Source of the DNA: Epithemia pelagica
Lineage: Eukaryota > Protista > Bacillariophyta
DNA: 64,000 nucleotides
Assembly: GCA_946965045.2 (NCBI GenBank)
Contig: OX337233.1
Coordinates: 1,612,001 to 1,676,000 of the forward strand
Direction of reading: 5' to 3'
Under the pieces are notes generated by a model. The model saw only the letters and a list, made by a program, of their open reading frames with translations. It did no database searches and had not been told where the DNA came from. A program made the position numbers and the translations under genes. Position 1 is the first letter of the stretch; each line of letters starts with the position of its first letter. This document shows positions 33,452 through 46,609 of this stretch, piece by piece.

Positions 33452-36400
33452 TCAATCAAACTGCGTAAGTCCCAGTTTTGCTCCACGGAATCTTCGACAG
33501 TGACGGGAATGCTCCGAATTTGATGAAACCCATTCTTGGCCATGATTATGGTTAATTCTTTGTGCCATGTCCTTGCGAATAGATCTTGTAAGTTCACGTA
33601 TGCTGGCAACTGGCTTCATCAAATCCACCGCGTTGTCATTATAGTTTGCTGAACAAAACAGCTTCTTAAGGTCCGTGATTTCTTCCATCATTAATTTGAT
33701 AAATGAGCTTGGTACCAGAGTCTCTCCGTATTCTTCATCGCATTTCTCGTGAACATCATCGTCGAAAACATCACCGGACGTTTCATCAACTACAACGTCA
33801 GCAGATATTTCCTCATTGTTTATCTCACATGTTTGCGAAGTGTTTCCGTTTTGACTGTCATCATCATTAGGATAAGGATTGTCAACAACACCAGGAATAG
33901 TTGGTATTGAAGAACCATACTGAGGACCAATATCCTCAGGAGCTACAAAAGATTCTTGTGTTAGAGTTTCATGATTTGCCATTTCAATAGGATTCTCTGG
34001 TAGCAAGAATTCTTGAAACGTATCTACGGCTCTCTTGATTTGTTCGTCGGAATAGTTCACGCACTTTTTTTGTTGTTCTTCTATCCAATCCGGAATATGA
34101 CCTGTCTCCGGACAGTAGCTCCACAACTCCTTCTCATTCCACAACCTGCCTGTTTGTATAGGGAATTTGGGGCCATTGATGTCATTGGTCAAAAGCTCTT
34201 TTAACATGTCGTTCACGGTATTGTCAGTACTTTCATTTGTTGATCGAAAAGCAAAGAAAATATACTTTTTCCACCAAACCACACTCACATCATGGTGTGA
34301 GAATCCGTTATACTCATCGCACTCAAAACTCAAGACTGCCGCTTGATGAGAACATGGATATCCACATCGCTGGAACGTCGAACAAGAACACACCAGTCTA
34401 CCAGTCTCATCCAGTGTGACCGTCCGTGTTCAATGCCAAACAGGATGGAGGCGTTTCCTTTCTGTTTCCAAAACTGTCTGTTCCACATTGATCACATCCC
34501 ATGACCATGGAGACTGTGGTTGTCGTCGTATGGCATATTTGATCCTGTTGTCCCAAGCCTTATTCACTATATCATGGCACAATTCAGTTACCATTCCATT
34601 TAAAGGAAGTCCCGTCTGCTTCATCCAAACAGATTTTGATTCCACTCGACTGGCCGCTAGTCTGACCTGAGAGTTGATAGTGACATCTGATTGGAACTTC
34701 AATATGGCAGCATTAGCTTGCACAGTTCCACCCGGAACAACTGCAGCAGAATGTTCCTTCATACCACAATTTGTCCCTTCATGACTGCTGTTTGTACATT
34801 CATCATAATGTCGAAGATTCTTACGGTAACAATGGACAAGATGCCGGTCATGTAAAAAAACATATCCTGTTAGGAAACGTTGAATTTTCCATCGTAATTC
34901 TCTTGAAAGAAACTTGCGAACATTTCTGGAATGAATATAGGCCAGTAGTAATGACTTTGATGTAATCAATTCGTCTTGAGTCTCGCAATACCTGGGGTAC
35001 ATGAAAGTATAACACCACTGTTTGACAGTGTAGCAAAAGAGTTTGTACTCCCGACTATAGTTTGTATCAATTGCATTACCAAAAGAGCAATGCCGTGACC
35101 AACCTTTATGGATGATGTGCCATCCACATCGAAGACGAACACAATTTGGCATGAACCGTCTACAAGCTTCTTCAACTTCGGTGATTTCATGCGAATCTCC
35201 ATCAGTGATTATTGCTTTTATCTCATTAACCCATTCCCCACCAAGAAGCTTTGGCAAAGCACAGGAGAAAACCCATCGAAATGTCGCTTGTTTTTGATCA
35301 CGCAAGAACATTCGCAGTATAATGATGTACTTTCCAAAGGATGTGCGAGTTGAGGCCGTTAGAAGAGGTCTAGATTCCTTGTTGGTTCCTTCAGTAACAT
35401 CCACCTTGAGAACATGAGGAAATAAGCGGAACATACGCTTCTCCTTGTTTGTGATCCAAGCACATGCGATGAAGAAATTTTGGTCTGGTTGGATTTCCAA
35501 TGTATCCATATCTGCGGAGTATTCATCAAGAATTTCTGCACAAAAGGCAGTCATGTCTGTGACATCTTGTTTCCCATCATCGTATTGGTTCTCACTGAAT
35601 ATCATACCAGCTTGATGCTGGAGTCTTGCATTTATTAGGTTCTGGGGACGGGCCCCCCAAATACAGTAACTCAATTCAGGAGTTGACCGTAACCATTCCA
35701 CGACAGCTTCTGCACCGACTTTAATTCCCTCGTAGTGATATTTAGATTCTGATGCCATAGTACAAAATGCCCACCGCGTTTGCTCGGGTGTAAGTGTAAT
35801 GTCATGATTCGCGTGGAAGAAGTTGCGTCCCAAAGCAGGTCCAGTGTTTGCCTTGCCAAGCTCAGCTGCCCTTTTGCGCTGTTCACGTGTAAGATGTCGA
35901 AGTTTGGTTGGAATGTCTATTGCCATCCGTTTGAAATGGTTACAATGTGTTACTGACCCTGAGCTACGTTTTACATAGAAGCCGTGCATATCGATGTAGA
36001 TGTCAAATCGGAATGAGCATGTGTCTTCGTTTTTGAGTGCGCGATTCGTAACAACCTTCCGTGGACCCTTTTTCCCATCAATTCCCCTGCTGTTGCCTCT
36101 TTTGTCATTGTGTAACGAGATGTTTCGGTGTTCCATTTCAATGCTATTCCCTGGAGGCTGTTTACGCTTCTTGTTGTACCGTCGGTAGCGGTCACACATG
36201 AATGTTCTTGACATGTATGGAGGTTCACTTCCCATTGGAAAAGCCTTACGATTAGCCAATGACTTCTTGTTTGTGTTACCATTCATTACAATAGAAAAAC
36301 CACTCGCAATGGAAGCTCTGGAAATACAGGCTCGTAAGATTGAAAAAGACCCTTGTTCATCAAAAACAGTGCTGGGGTCGGTACAAGGAGGGAATTCATT

Positions 36401-36634
36401 TCTGTTGAAATATGCGTAGTAGCCTTTGATGTGGTCTGCTTGAGGGAGCCATCCAATGAACGCGCAAATGTCGACGTCCATTGTTGTCGCAGTTGAAATA
36501 CAGTCATCTCCAGTGTGCATTGGGAATGTCATAGGTGAGACCCATTCTGTTTCTAAGGAGTTAAAGTATCGGTCCAATTCATATTGAATTCTGTCATGAA
36601 GATTTGTACAATCGTTGTTGTCGTCCATGGTCAA
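33452..36634 (-). pseudogene. MULE/Mutator transposase 1 with SWIM finger; one frame (1060 codons) broken by a single TGA
   Basis: KVDVTEGTN (D), ITDGD (D), CGWH, SSHEG (E), SWIM CSC..CGYPCSH. The two ORFs are in frame across PVWH*TRTV (stop at 34430-34432). Confidence 0.88.
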
Positions 36635-36779
36635 GCACTGGGTGACATATCAAGAGGAGGGTCCAGATGTGGTGAGATGCTCAAGCCGATTCAAATTCCA
36701 ACCGTTATTTGCATTAAGATTATTTAAACACTTTTGGGAATGGCAGGCGGAATTGTGAGGCACGGCAGGTGGCTTGATA

Positions 36780-38480
36780 ACAGGATAGGGATGAGGATAA
36801 GTCTGTGCGTCTGTCCAGTATTTTGGGGACCTATAATGGGATATGTTCTTCTCCTGCCTGTGCTCTCATATCAATACAGGATTCCAAATATAGCGAAGAA
36901 ATATCCAGTCTTGCACAATGTATGTGTACCAATTGTACACTCTTTCTCGTTAAATGCGTCATGCTCACCAGCAAATAAATGAAGAATAAGTTTCTTCGAA
37001 AGTAGGTGAGTACCGGTTGTTACTGATCAACAGTTAGTTGCAAAAGCTTACCCTTATTTCTTTTAACAAATCGCTGTATTCAATGTGGGACTCAGTATTC
37101 TCAGAATCCTCACTGGTTTGTTTGGAATTCGCAAATGGGGGAAATAGGTAAGCCCCTTTGGGCTTAGCGCAACACATATACACCAAAAGCGCGCAAACCA
37201 AGCAGACTTCTGGGTTTTCGTCATCCCTGTATATAGAGAGGGATTGCTCTTCCGTGTCACATTTGCCCTTCACCCAAACAACAATTTCGTCAACACGTGC
37301 CTCTTTTTCTTGTACAACAAAACAGTCCGTTCGAAATTGCGCAAGCCGGATTGAGCACACCTATTCCGCACGCAGGAACAGCTTGATCCACGTAAGTAAC
37401 ATTGTCCAGAGTTGTAAGTGACGGATGTCACCACCTTTGGACATTATATGATTTCGGATAACGCGAACTTGCAGGCTCGACATGTGGAGTGCCCGGCGTG
37501 CTTGTTCTTCAGGACATTGTGTACACGCTGAAATCTCGCAGCGCACTTCACGTCATAAGTCGGATCTCCCCTGGGCTTAACTTTATGAAAAGTACAAGTG
37601 TCACAGGGCTCAAATCGATGCATGTGGGTATTCGACCAGTCAATGGGACCACCAATCAACGTGTTCCGTTCGATACACTTCGGACAAACAGGGCAGTACG
37701 CATTGGCAAACTCAGACGCGCAAAACTCACGGTGCAGAGTAGGAAGAGTGACACGACATTTCCAAATATTGGAGGGATCGGACCACCCCCGGTTCCCTTT
37801 TTTTCACCGTCATGTAGTAACGCGCATGAACCAACAACATACTCCCCTTTTTGAGGACCGTTCACAAATTTCACGTGGTTGTTGTGTAGGTCTTTCACAC
37901 GGTTCAACGGGGAAAGGGACTTGTACTGGTAGAAAGTCCCCACCATATTCGGATACGCTGGGAGAGGATCTTTAGGGCGTTGTTTATCACTGCAGATTGT
38001 AGCAGTGAGATAGTCCCCGATCAGAAACGCAAAGCCACCCAGCTCTAGCCAGTATTTGTTGTACTGGGGAAGTGTTTTGTCCGTCCCGTCGTGACTTCCT
38101 CGTAGTTGGTCTGTCACAGCATGGGCGTAGTCATTTGTAGGCGCCGTCATTGCCCATTTGTTTATTGTTGAGATAATACAAGACTCCATTTGATCATTGT
38201 CCTCCTTTCTCAGTGTAGTCACTACAACATCGCCCTTTTTGCATGGTTGTCGTCGTCGTAAGGTACCTGTCTCTGTCACAATAGAGCCAGTAGACAGTTT
38301 TGATTCCACAGTTCCTACAGCATTCACTCTCTCCATGGTTTCTTGAGTCATCCAGGCAAGAGTTTTTGTTTGATTGTTGGGTGTGGGTTGGTACAGAGGA
38401 AGATGAGGTCGACCAAAATGATCGATGCCATGGATCGTTGCATTGGAAGTTGGTGGGGTCTTCCGAATGCATTTAGGCAT
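36780..38480 (-). pseudogene. Second Crypton-like tyrosine recombinase, degenerate, with a predicted 58-bp intron (36994-37051)
   Basis: LWTMLLTWIKLFLRAE (Arg), VKGKCD (Lys), CLVCALLVY, YLFP. After splicing GTAAGC..ACTCAC..AG the frame reads IGTHTLCKTGYFFA (HxxR, with R changed to C). Confidence 0.68.
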
Positions 38481-38832
38481 TAATACCTATCACACCACAA
38501 TACTCACATGTTGTTCTCATCAAAGTCCCACCAACAGCGGCAAAAAGTTTCACTCCAAACCCAACAGCAGCAGCATAACAAGAAGAACGCTGCTTCATTG
38601 CGTTGCTTTGTTGACGGTCTATAATGATCAGGTTGTTTTGTTTTTACTGAACTTGTACAAGAGAGAAGAGTACTGGGTTGGATTTTCCCTTCGGTGTTTG
38701 TGTTGAATCTATATGGTGGATTGCTGAAGTGTTGCTGAGAGGAGAGAAGAGAGAAGAAGAGGATCTCAGCAGCAAGAGTTCTGGCAGTGATTTCTTGCAA
38801 AATCTCCATTGGAGTAGAAGTGTTACTTGGTA

Positions 38833-40802
38833 CTCCCTCTGTAAAGTCTTTGTTGCACCAAAAAATTTCAAGCTGAAGTCATTTCACGGGCGCATGTCCG
38901 TTGGTCAAAATATTATAGAGGCTTATAGCTCTTTTCAATACAAACATTTCCATATATAATTTATATGTTCGATTTTGCATTCCTGACCATCTATGATCAA
39001 AAAAGGGGACGCATTGGAAGCACCTACTTTCATCGCGTACCGGTTGACCTCTAGATGCCACCTACGAGAGCGAGAGGGCCAGGACGCCCTCCTGGAGGGC
39101 CAAAGCGACCAGAGATGCCAGCACAACGCCGTGGTCGGGCCATGTCGGTGCTCCTACAGATGGAGAAAGAAGGACCATTGCCAAGAGGTGCAATCAGGAG
39201 CGTCGCCAAAGATTTTCAGGTCTCTTATTCAACGATAAGTAGACTTTGGGCGCGCGCGCGGAAGTCACGTGCCCAGGGCACAGTTCACACTCCTGAAATT
39301 TTGTCGCAGTCGAAATTCCGTGCTCCCCCCCCCCCCCCCCTAAGTATAATCCAAACACGATTGCTGAAGGGGTTAAATCACTTCCACTGCACACGCGCAC
39401 TACGCTCCGAAAACTCTCCTTTGGTCTTGGCGAGTCTGGGTGTAAGATTTCACACACCCATGTCAAGACGTTGATCAAAGAGGGAACACTTCGAAGTCAT
39501 TCAAGTTCATTGAAACCATACCTCACCGATGCAAACAAACAAACCCGCCTCAACTATGCTGCTTCCTTTGTTGACCCATCATGTCCTAGTAAGTACATGG
39601 ACATGATGGATCTTGTGCATGTCGATGAAAAATGGTTTTTTGTTTCTAAGGACGGCCAAAGGTATATCATGTCGAGGGATGAACCGGACCCTGTCCGGAA
39701 AGTCAAGCACAAAAGCCACATAACAAAGGTAATGTTCATTTGCGCGATTGCTTGTCCTCGTTTTGTGCCATCGTTGAATGCCTGGTGGGATGGTAAGGTG
39801 GGTATTTGGCCAGAGGGGAGTTGGGAACCAGCGAAGAGAAGTTCTGTCAACAGGCCTAAAGGGACTATGGTTTGGAGAAACAAGTCTATCGATAGAGAGT
39901 GCTACAGAGACTTATTAATGCACAAGGTTGTGGAAGGCATCCTCAGTAACTGGCCAGAAAGTGATCGCAGGAACAGAAACATCAGGATCCAACAAGACGG
40001 TGCCAAATCTCACGTGTATGAGAGCAACCTTGACATCATTGATTTCTTTGAATCAGCGGAAGCAAGTCAGGGATTGAAGGCACAACTTTTCACACAACCT
40101 GCTAACAGTCCAGACTGCAACATCCGTGACCTTGGGTTTTTTAGGGCGCTGCAGAGCAGGTGTTTGATTGTTGGGACTGACGAAAAGACACTGTTGGACG
40201 CTGTAAAGAAGGCATTTGATGAGTACCCAAAGGAGATGATAAACAGGACATGGCTTACCTTACAATCCTGCTTGAACTGCATCATTGAGCAGAATGGAGA
40301 TAACACCTACAAAATACCACACATGAACAAAGAGCAGTTGGAAAAGCGTGGAGAGCTGCCTACTGTGCTTGAAGTCACAGGCGCTCTCCACAAACCTCCA
40401 TCTGAATCTAACCTACAACTATACCAAGAAATCTAAATCTAAAACAATGAATACCTGGCCGACCTCCACTTGATCCAGGAGGCGGCCAGGGGCTACGGCC
40501 ATTGATTGTATACCTAGGATTAGAGTTTGTTTTGTTGTTGCTGCTGTGATGCTGTTGTTGTTGCGTTTGGTGTGTTTTTGGTGTGTTGAAGGGAGACGAG
40601 TGGACGTAGGAGACGGCTGGGTTGTGCTTACATCCAGACCAAGGCACGTGCCACAGCCTTATCTTCATCTCCAAAATTTGGTCGAGTTCAACTCCGAATG
40701 AGCCAGCCGTCCTCCTGTAGATTTGTACCAGAGTCTACGTGAGTTTTTAATGCGACTTAAAAAGCCAAACCAGTTGGTGCAACAAAGACTATACAGAGGG
40801 AG
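38833..40802 (+). mobile_element. Tc1/mariner element of the plant-mariner (Stowaway-type TIR) group, 1970 bp
   Basis: 29-bp TIRs CTCCCTCTGT(A/T)..GTCTTTGTTGCACCAA with one mismatch; TA TSD on both sides. Confidence 0.95.
39055..40436 (+). CDS. Mariner transposase, frameshifted at a poly-C run (about 39325)
   Basis: HVDEKWF, IQQDGAKSH, QPANSPDCNIRDLGFF, YKIPHMNK. Confidence 0.88.
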
Positions 40803-41279
40803 TACATATTTTGTTTGCTGTGGTCTATTTCTTGTTGATTGGTGTGGTACACAGTCAGGTTGATTGAAGAGTGGAGTGGAAGAGTGGATTGGATTTTCCT
40901 TCGGTGTTTGTGTGGATTTTCCCTTTGCTGGTTGTGTTGAATTTATTTGGTTGATTGTTGAAGAGAGGAGAGAGGAGAGAAGAGAGAAGAGAGTAGAAGA
41001 GGATCTCAGTAGCCAGAGCTCACCGAGAGGAGATAAGAGAGAAGACGAGGATCTCAGCAGCAAAAGTTCCGGCAGTGACTTCTTGCAAAATCTCCATCGG
41101 AGTAGAAGTGTTGCTTTGGTACATATTTTGTTTGCTACTGCCTCATTCTGGGTTTTGTGTACAGAGGCATAACAAGCAGGAGAAACGGTAGTAGTCTGTT
41201 GTGGGGTTTCTAAACCATTCTGAAACCTTTACCTTCCTCAAAACACACCTTGGCTTTTCACCATTTGACTTGGTGAACC

Positions 41280-43298
41280 ATGGATTTTCCTCGAGCTTCC
41301 CAAAAACAAGCAATAGTGCAGGATAAGGGCGAGGCAATGAAAAAGGGGGAAGAGGAGGATTGCAAGAAAAAACAAGACGAGGGCAAGCCAATGGAGGACC
41401 AGCATATGAAAGAAGATGGACAACCAATAGTACAGGATAAGGGCAAGAAGGCGATTCAAAAAGGGGCACCAGGCAATCTTTCTGCACCTGATTCAAATCA
41501 CCGGTTGAACCGGGAATTCACCCGACAATTGGATGATGTTGTACAAACACCAATGACGTTTGAGATGACCTTGAACAGGTACAAACAGGAGTACCGGAAT
41601 CGATGGCATTGGTATGAGGTTGAATCTCTTCCGATCTTTGGTCCACAAGGAATCCCAGAAACTTGTAGGCTGGAATTGCCAATCTGCAATTCAGACGATC
41701 TTGGGAGTATTTTGTCTCATATTGTCGTCACTACACCCAAGATAAAACCAAAGTGGGGTCCAAAAGACGTGGGAGAACGGGAGCAGAGAAAGAGATGGTG
41801 GCAATTGATTTATTCAGGAAGACATTATTCACTCAGGCCTTGGATATGTGGACGCGATGTTTTGTGAACTCTGATGGTCCACCAAAGAATTTAGATTTGG
41901 TTACAAAAAAATTTGTCTTGTCACATGGTCTGATTCAGGAGAGCGATGACAAGGCATGTGCTTTAGCGGAGGGCTTGAAACAGCATCTACTTTGAAGGAA
42001 TGCGAGGTATCGGAAGACTGTGGATGTTAATGTCCAAACTATTATTTGGACTCTGAAGCACATGGCAAAGGTCTTTACGTGTCTTCATCCAGACAGACTT
42101 ACGATAAGTGAAGAAGAGGTCATGGGCAAAAGTTTGATTTATGCATTGCCTGGAGGGTGGCTTAAAGATGCAGAGTTTCTACCATCCTTTCCCAGGTATC
42201 CACATCGATCTTTTGACCAAATGGTCCATATCTACACACAATATCCTGTGTTCCAAAATAGACATACACAAGAAGAGGAAATACAAGAAAGAAGGGCTGT
42301 ATCAAAGAAGAAAAAGACATTGCCCAAATTTTTCTCGAGTTTCGATTGTCAAAATATGCTCGATGTCACGACAGAAAAGAAGAAATCGTCTTCTAAGCAT
42401 TCTGCTCTGGGATATCACAATGAACCTGTCCAGAAAAAAAGAAAAATAGTATCAGAGGGACATGGTGTAGGTGTCATGAGTAAAGAAGACAAATCTCCAA
42501 AAGTGTCGGAGGGACATGGTATATGTGACACAAGTAAAGAAAACAAATTGACAAAATGGCTTCCCCCTGAGCCACAGACACATGACAGCTTTCAGGGTGA
42601 TGCTCTTGTTGTTGTCAAAGAGGACCCAGAAGGTACGCTTCAGAAAATTATTGATTGCGATCCACAACCTCCTGGATTGGAACTTCAACTTATACCAAAG
42701 CCTCAACAACAAGATCGAGAGTTCTGGTCAGTTCTCCCACGGGTTGGGCGAGATTACAAAGAATTTTGTGTTCATACAAAACCTTTGCGCTCGGTCGCCA
42801 AATCTAAGTCGCCTGGTTTGGCATACCCTGTTATTCCAATGCCGTGAATGTGCAAAATATAACAAGACACTGACCGTCAAGGCTCCACATAAATACATTT
42901 CATTCTTGTCTTTTGCTGAGACTGATACAAATTCATGGTAAAAGATCGTGGAGCACTGGATGACTGGACTGAGAGATGGAATGGATCAGCCATTTTCTCT
43001 TCTTGACAGTTTTCTGACGTTGTGTTGCCACAATTATCATAATGAAAGAGTGTGTCTTTTTTACATCTTGAAACCAGATCTTACCAGATCACCAAGGGAG
43101 ACACTCGCCCCACGATCATGGAAGACTGACAAAGCTGAAAAAGTCTTGGTTCTTCTTGGTTCAGGTAGTCCACATGTGGCGTTCCTTTGGATTGATTTGC
43201 GACAAGAACTTATAGATTTGTATGACACTGTCTCGCGAACAGAAGATTCATATTCAGATGGGCACAAGATACCCGAGGATTCCACAGACAGTTTTTAG
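41280..43298 (+). pseudogene. Fragmented hypothetical ORF(s) upstream of MULE 2; the distal part may be Ulp1-like
   Basis: Successive ORFs broken by stops. HVAFLWIDLRQELIDLYD in 42948-43298 resembles the Ulp1 His/Asp segment. Confidence 0.3.
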
Positions 43299-43469
43299 TC
43301 TATTTTCCTTCTTGGGAATTTCCAATGATCAACAAGAGCACACCAGCCAAACTGAAACACCAACGCCAGCCAAACTGAGACAAACAACAATCCACTTCCA
43401 ACTCCTGCCAGATTCAGCTTCTTTCCAGCCAACTTGTTGGTCCATGTCACCTACCTCAATGGTAAACCC

Positions 43470-46400
43470 AACTTTCTTCGACCATGGATGGCGATTCTTC
43501 CCAAAGTGTGCAACTTGCAATAAATCGGGCTATTGATCGACACTTCCATTGGCAAGCTGAACTTTTCTTCACAGATGTGGAGAGTTTTGATGGCTCTGTT
43601 GACCTTTTCCATTTCACTGACAAGCACAAGTATACAGCTCAGTGAATTTCCCTGCAAAACAGGAATGGCCACAAACACAAAGACCCCCCTTCAGTAATAT
43701 TTGACAGAACTTTATATCCACCAACAGATCAAGGTATGAAGAAACTTTTCACCGCAATCAAAGTAGAAGGCATCAAACAAGGCACCAATGTGGTCAGTCG
43801 AAGCAAGACACATGTATTGTTGTGTTATTGCTGCCGAAGATACATGCCCAAACATCCTTTTCTTCAAAACCAAGAGAACAATGCACCCACATTATCTTCA
43901 GTTGTAACAGACAGTAACCAGACTGACAATACACAGCATCCCTTCAATGACATCTCAAACAATGCACATAGCAACCTTGGGAAAGAGAACAAATCATTTG
44001 ACGAAGATGGTGTTATGGTTGGAATTCAAAGATATCATTATCATCGTGATCGAAGCTATTGCCAAGTTGATGGGAAGACATCCAATCGTGGTACTTGCAC
44101 AATGCGACCATTTGAATCAGAGGAAACATGCAAAGTTTCCCTTCGTTTTGGTGTTAAAGAAGGCCCCAATGGATACATCTATCTTAAACAAGGCTGTGGT
44201 CACAACCTTCATTCATTTCATCCGAAGCCGCAGAAAGGTGATTTGCATTTCCAAAAGAGACATTTCTTGAGCAAATCCTCTCAACTAATTGCAAGTGGTG
44301 GAAGGGCTTCCATGGGAAATGGTGCACTCCAATATATTGTCTTGGAAAATCAGCAAGAACTGGTCTCATGTGGATCAATTCAACGACTCCAACTTGATTC
44401 AACAGCTTCACAAATGGTAAACTGGATACGGACAAATGCAGCTGACCCCAATATCAACTTACGTTATTGCTTCTTGTCTTGCACTGGAATCAACAATTCA
44501 GGTTATCATCGCCATCCTAAAGGTCGCCCCCCACAACATGGCAGGATTCCAATTGCTCAAGTAGAAGAGAATATGTCATTTTCCGATACGCTTGAGAACA
44601 TGTGCAGGAGGGGAATTAATAGTGAGGAAGAATCTCATGTTCTTCCCATCGACGACAGTGATGGTGGACTGCAAGACTCTCTATAAATGTTTCAAGAGAT
44701 CCACAGTTCTGATTGCCACTTTGATCTGACATCAAGGAAGATTCTTCTAGGAGCTGGATGGATTTACGAAGAAGCATACCTATATTTCCAGAGATTTCCA
44801 GAAGTCTTGTTCATCGACTCAACACACAAGACAAACAATGAGGGACGTCCTCTTCTGATGATATATGGTAGGGATTTGCATGGGAAAGGGTTCGGGTTAG
44901 GGTTACATGTATTTTCATGCCAAATGAAACAAGTGCTTTCTACAGATGGGTGTTTTTGAAGTGGCTGCCATGCCTTTTGGGTGTCCAAAACATGGAACGG
45001 GTCAGACTAGCCATCACTGATGGAGACGGTCAAGAATTTGAAGCTGTTAAAGAATCTTGTCTCCGTTATCTTGTTAATGTTCGTCGTGGAAGATGTAGGT
45101 ATCATATCGTTCAAAAAACATTCAAAAGATGCATTTCAAATCACATTTGTCTCAATCCCACTGGAATGGCAGTTCTCAAGGCAATCAAAACATGGATATA
45201 CACATGGGGTGATGGTTCCTCATGCATATCTGAGGAACAGTTTGATCTATCCAAGGGGCTTTTATTGTTGAAGATGAAATCAAGCCACCTACGTTCCTGC
45301 ATCACAGAGGATGGATTAATGTCACTTGATAGGTGATTGCAAGAAAAAGTTTTCCCCCCTTGACAAATCGTTTGTTTTCTGGCGTAAACGCTACTTGCGA
45401 TGCTATGATGAATACATGAACAACTCAGGTGAATCAATGAATCGGTCATGTAAACATTCCGATCTAGGAGCAAGACTCAACATGACCATGACTACTTCTG
45501 CCAATGCAATGCTAAGTCATTCGTCATTGTCCACGGAGGATAGGAAAAGCACACAAATCCGCCAAATGGTTGAGGTTCCATTGTTTATCAAGACTGATTC
45601 CAAGCACAATAATGATGTACTCTGCAGTTTTCAGAGTGGAAACATTATACAGTCCTTCACTACAATGAAAACGTTTGGTATGTCCTCAGGAATTCTGTCT
45701 CTCCAAGATCTGAGTTTCGGGAGTTGTCCCCTCCATTCTTTAAGAAAGCCTGGTGTGTGAAGCTCAATTTGAATGGGGTCTTCTTAACCTGTGACTGTGG
45801 ATACCTCCATCCTTTAAGAAAGCCTGGTGTGTGAAGCTCAATTTGAATGGGGTCTTAACCTGTGACTGTGGATACAAACAGCGCAATGGGATTCCATGTC
45901 ACCATTTGTTTGCTATCAAAGACAACTATGACTTATCAGTTCGATGGCAGATTGCATATGGATACTATGCTTACGATCATGGCTACCAAGAAATTACAGA
46001 CTCTTACATTTGAGGTCATACATGCGAGCACGACGGGATTAACATGAAAACACAGTTACTGTAACAACACATTATTTCCATATGTATGGTCGGGAACTCA
46101 GTACTATTCAATTGAGAAGATTTGTGAAGTATTCCATTGTCTGATTCCTTTATAATGGAATTACCAAGTTCACCAGTATCCGGAAAATTATCAAGAAGTT
46201 CCCAATGAATCAGGAAAAGAGAACAATGATGACTTATGTAATCATAATGACATTGATGAGGCGTCCGATTTTCAGTTCACTCAAGAATCAATTAAACTTG
46301 ATCCAGTGTCGTTTGCAGTTCCTCTGACCAGAACAGTCACTCATGCCCAAATTTTGACAATGGTGAAAGACATGCTACCGTGTTATTTCAATCTGATAAA
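43470..46400 (+). pseudogene. MULE/Mutator transposase 2 with SWIM finger, decayed
   Basis: LFIDSTHKTNNEGRPLL, AITDGD, CRYH, NSGESMN, SWIM CDC..GIPCHH. Collinear with MULE 1; the start coordinate is approximate. Confidence 0.82.
45731..45875. repeat. Tandem duplication of about 74 bp inside MULE 2
   Basis: CTCCAT..GTGACTGTGGATAC starts at 45731 and 45805. Confidence 0.85.
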
Positions 46401-46609
46401 TCCCGTCAAGAGCTGTCTTGTCATGTTTTGTATCGTACACGGGTGAAGCAGAGTCGTCATCTCAATTCCATGACTCAAAATTCCAATACAAATAATGTCT
46501 TCAAATATTCCGTTTGACAACAGTCGCGTGTCAACTCAAAATACGTACATGTGCAATCGCTTTCAGTCTACTACATAGTATCTTTTGGAATATTAATAGC
46601 TTTGGATTG

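Larger units (their letters stand above)
38625..41135. repeat. Diverged direct repeat of about 0.3 kb; the first copy is split by the mariner
   Basis: GGATTTTCC..TCGGTGTTTG..GAGGATCTCAGCAGCAA..GCAAAATCTCCAT..GTAGAAGTG occurs at about 38680-38830 and about 40890-41120. Confidence 0.8.
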
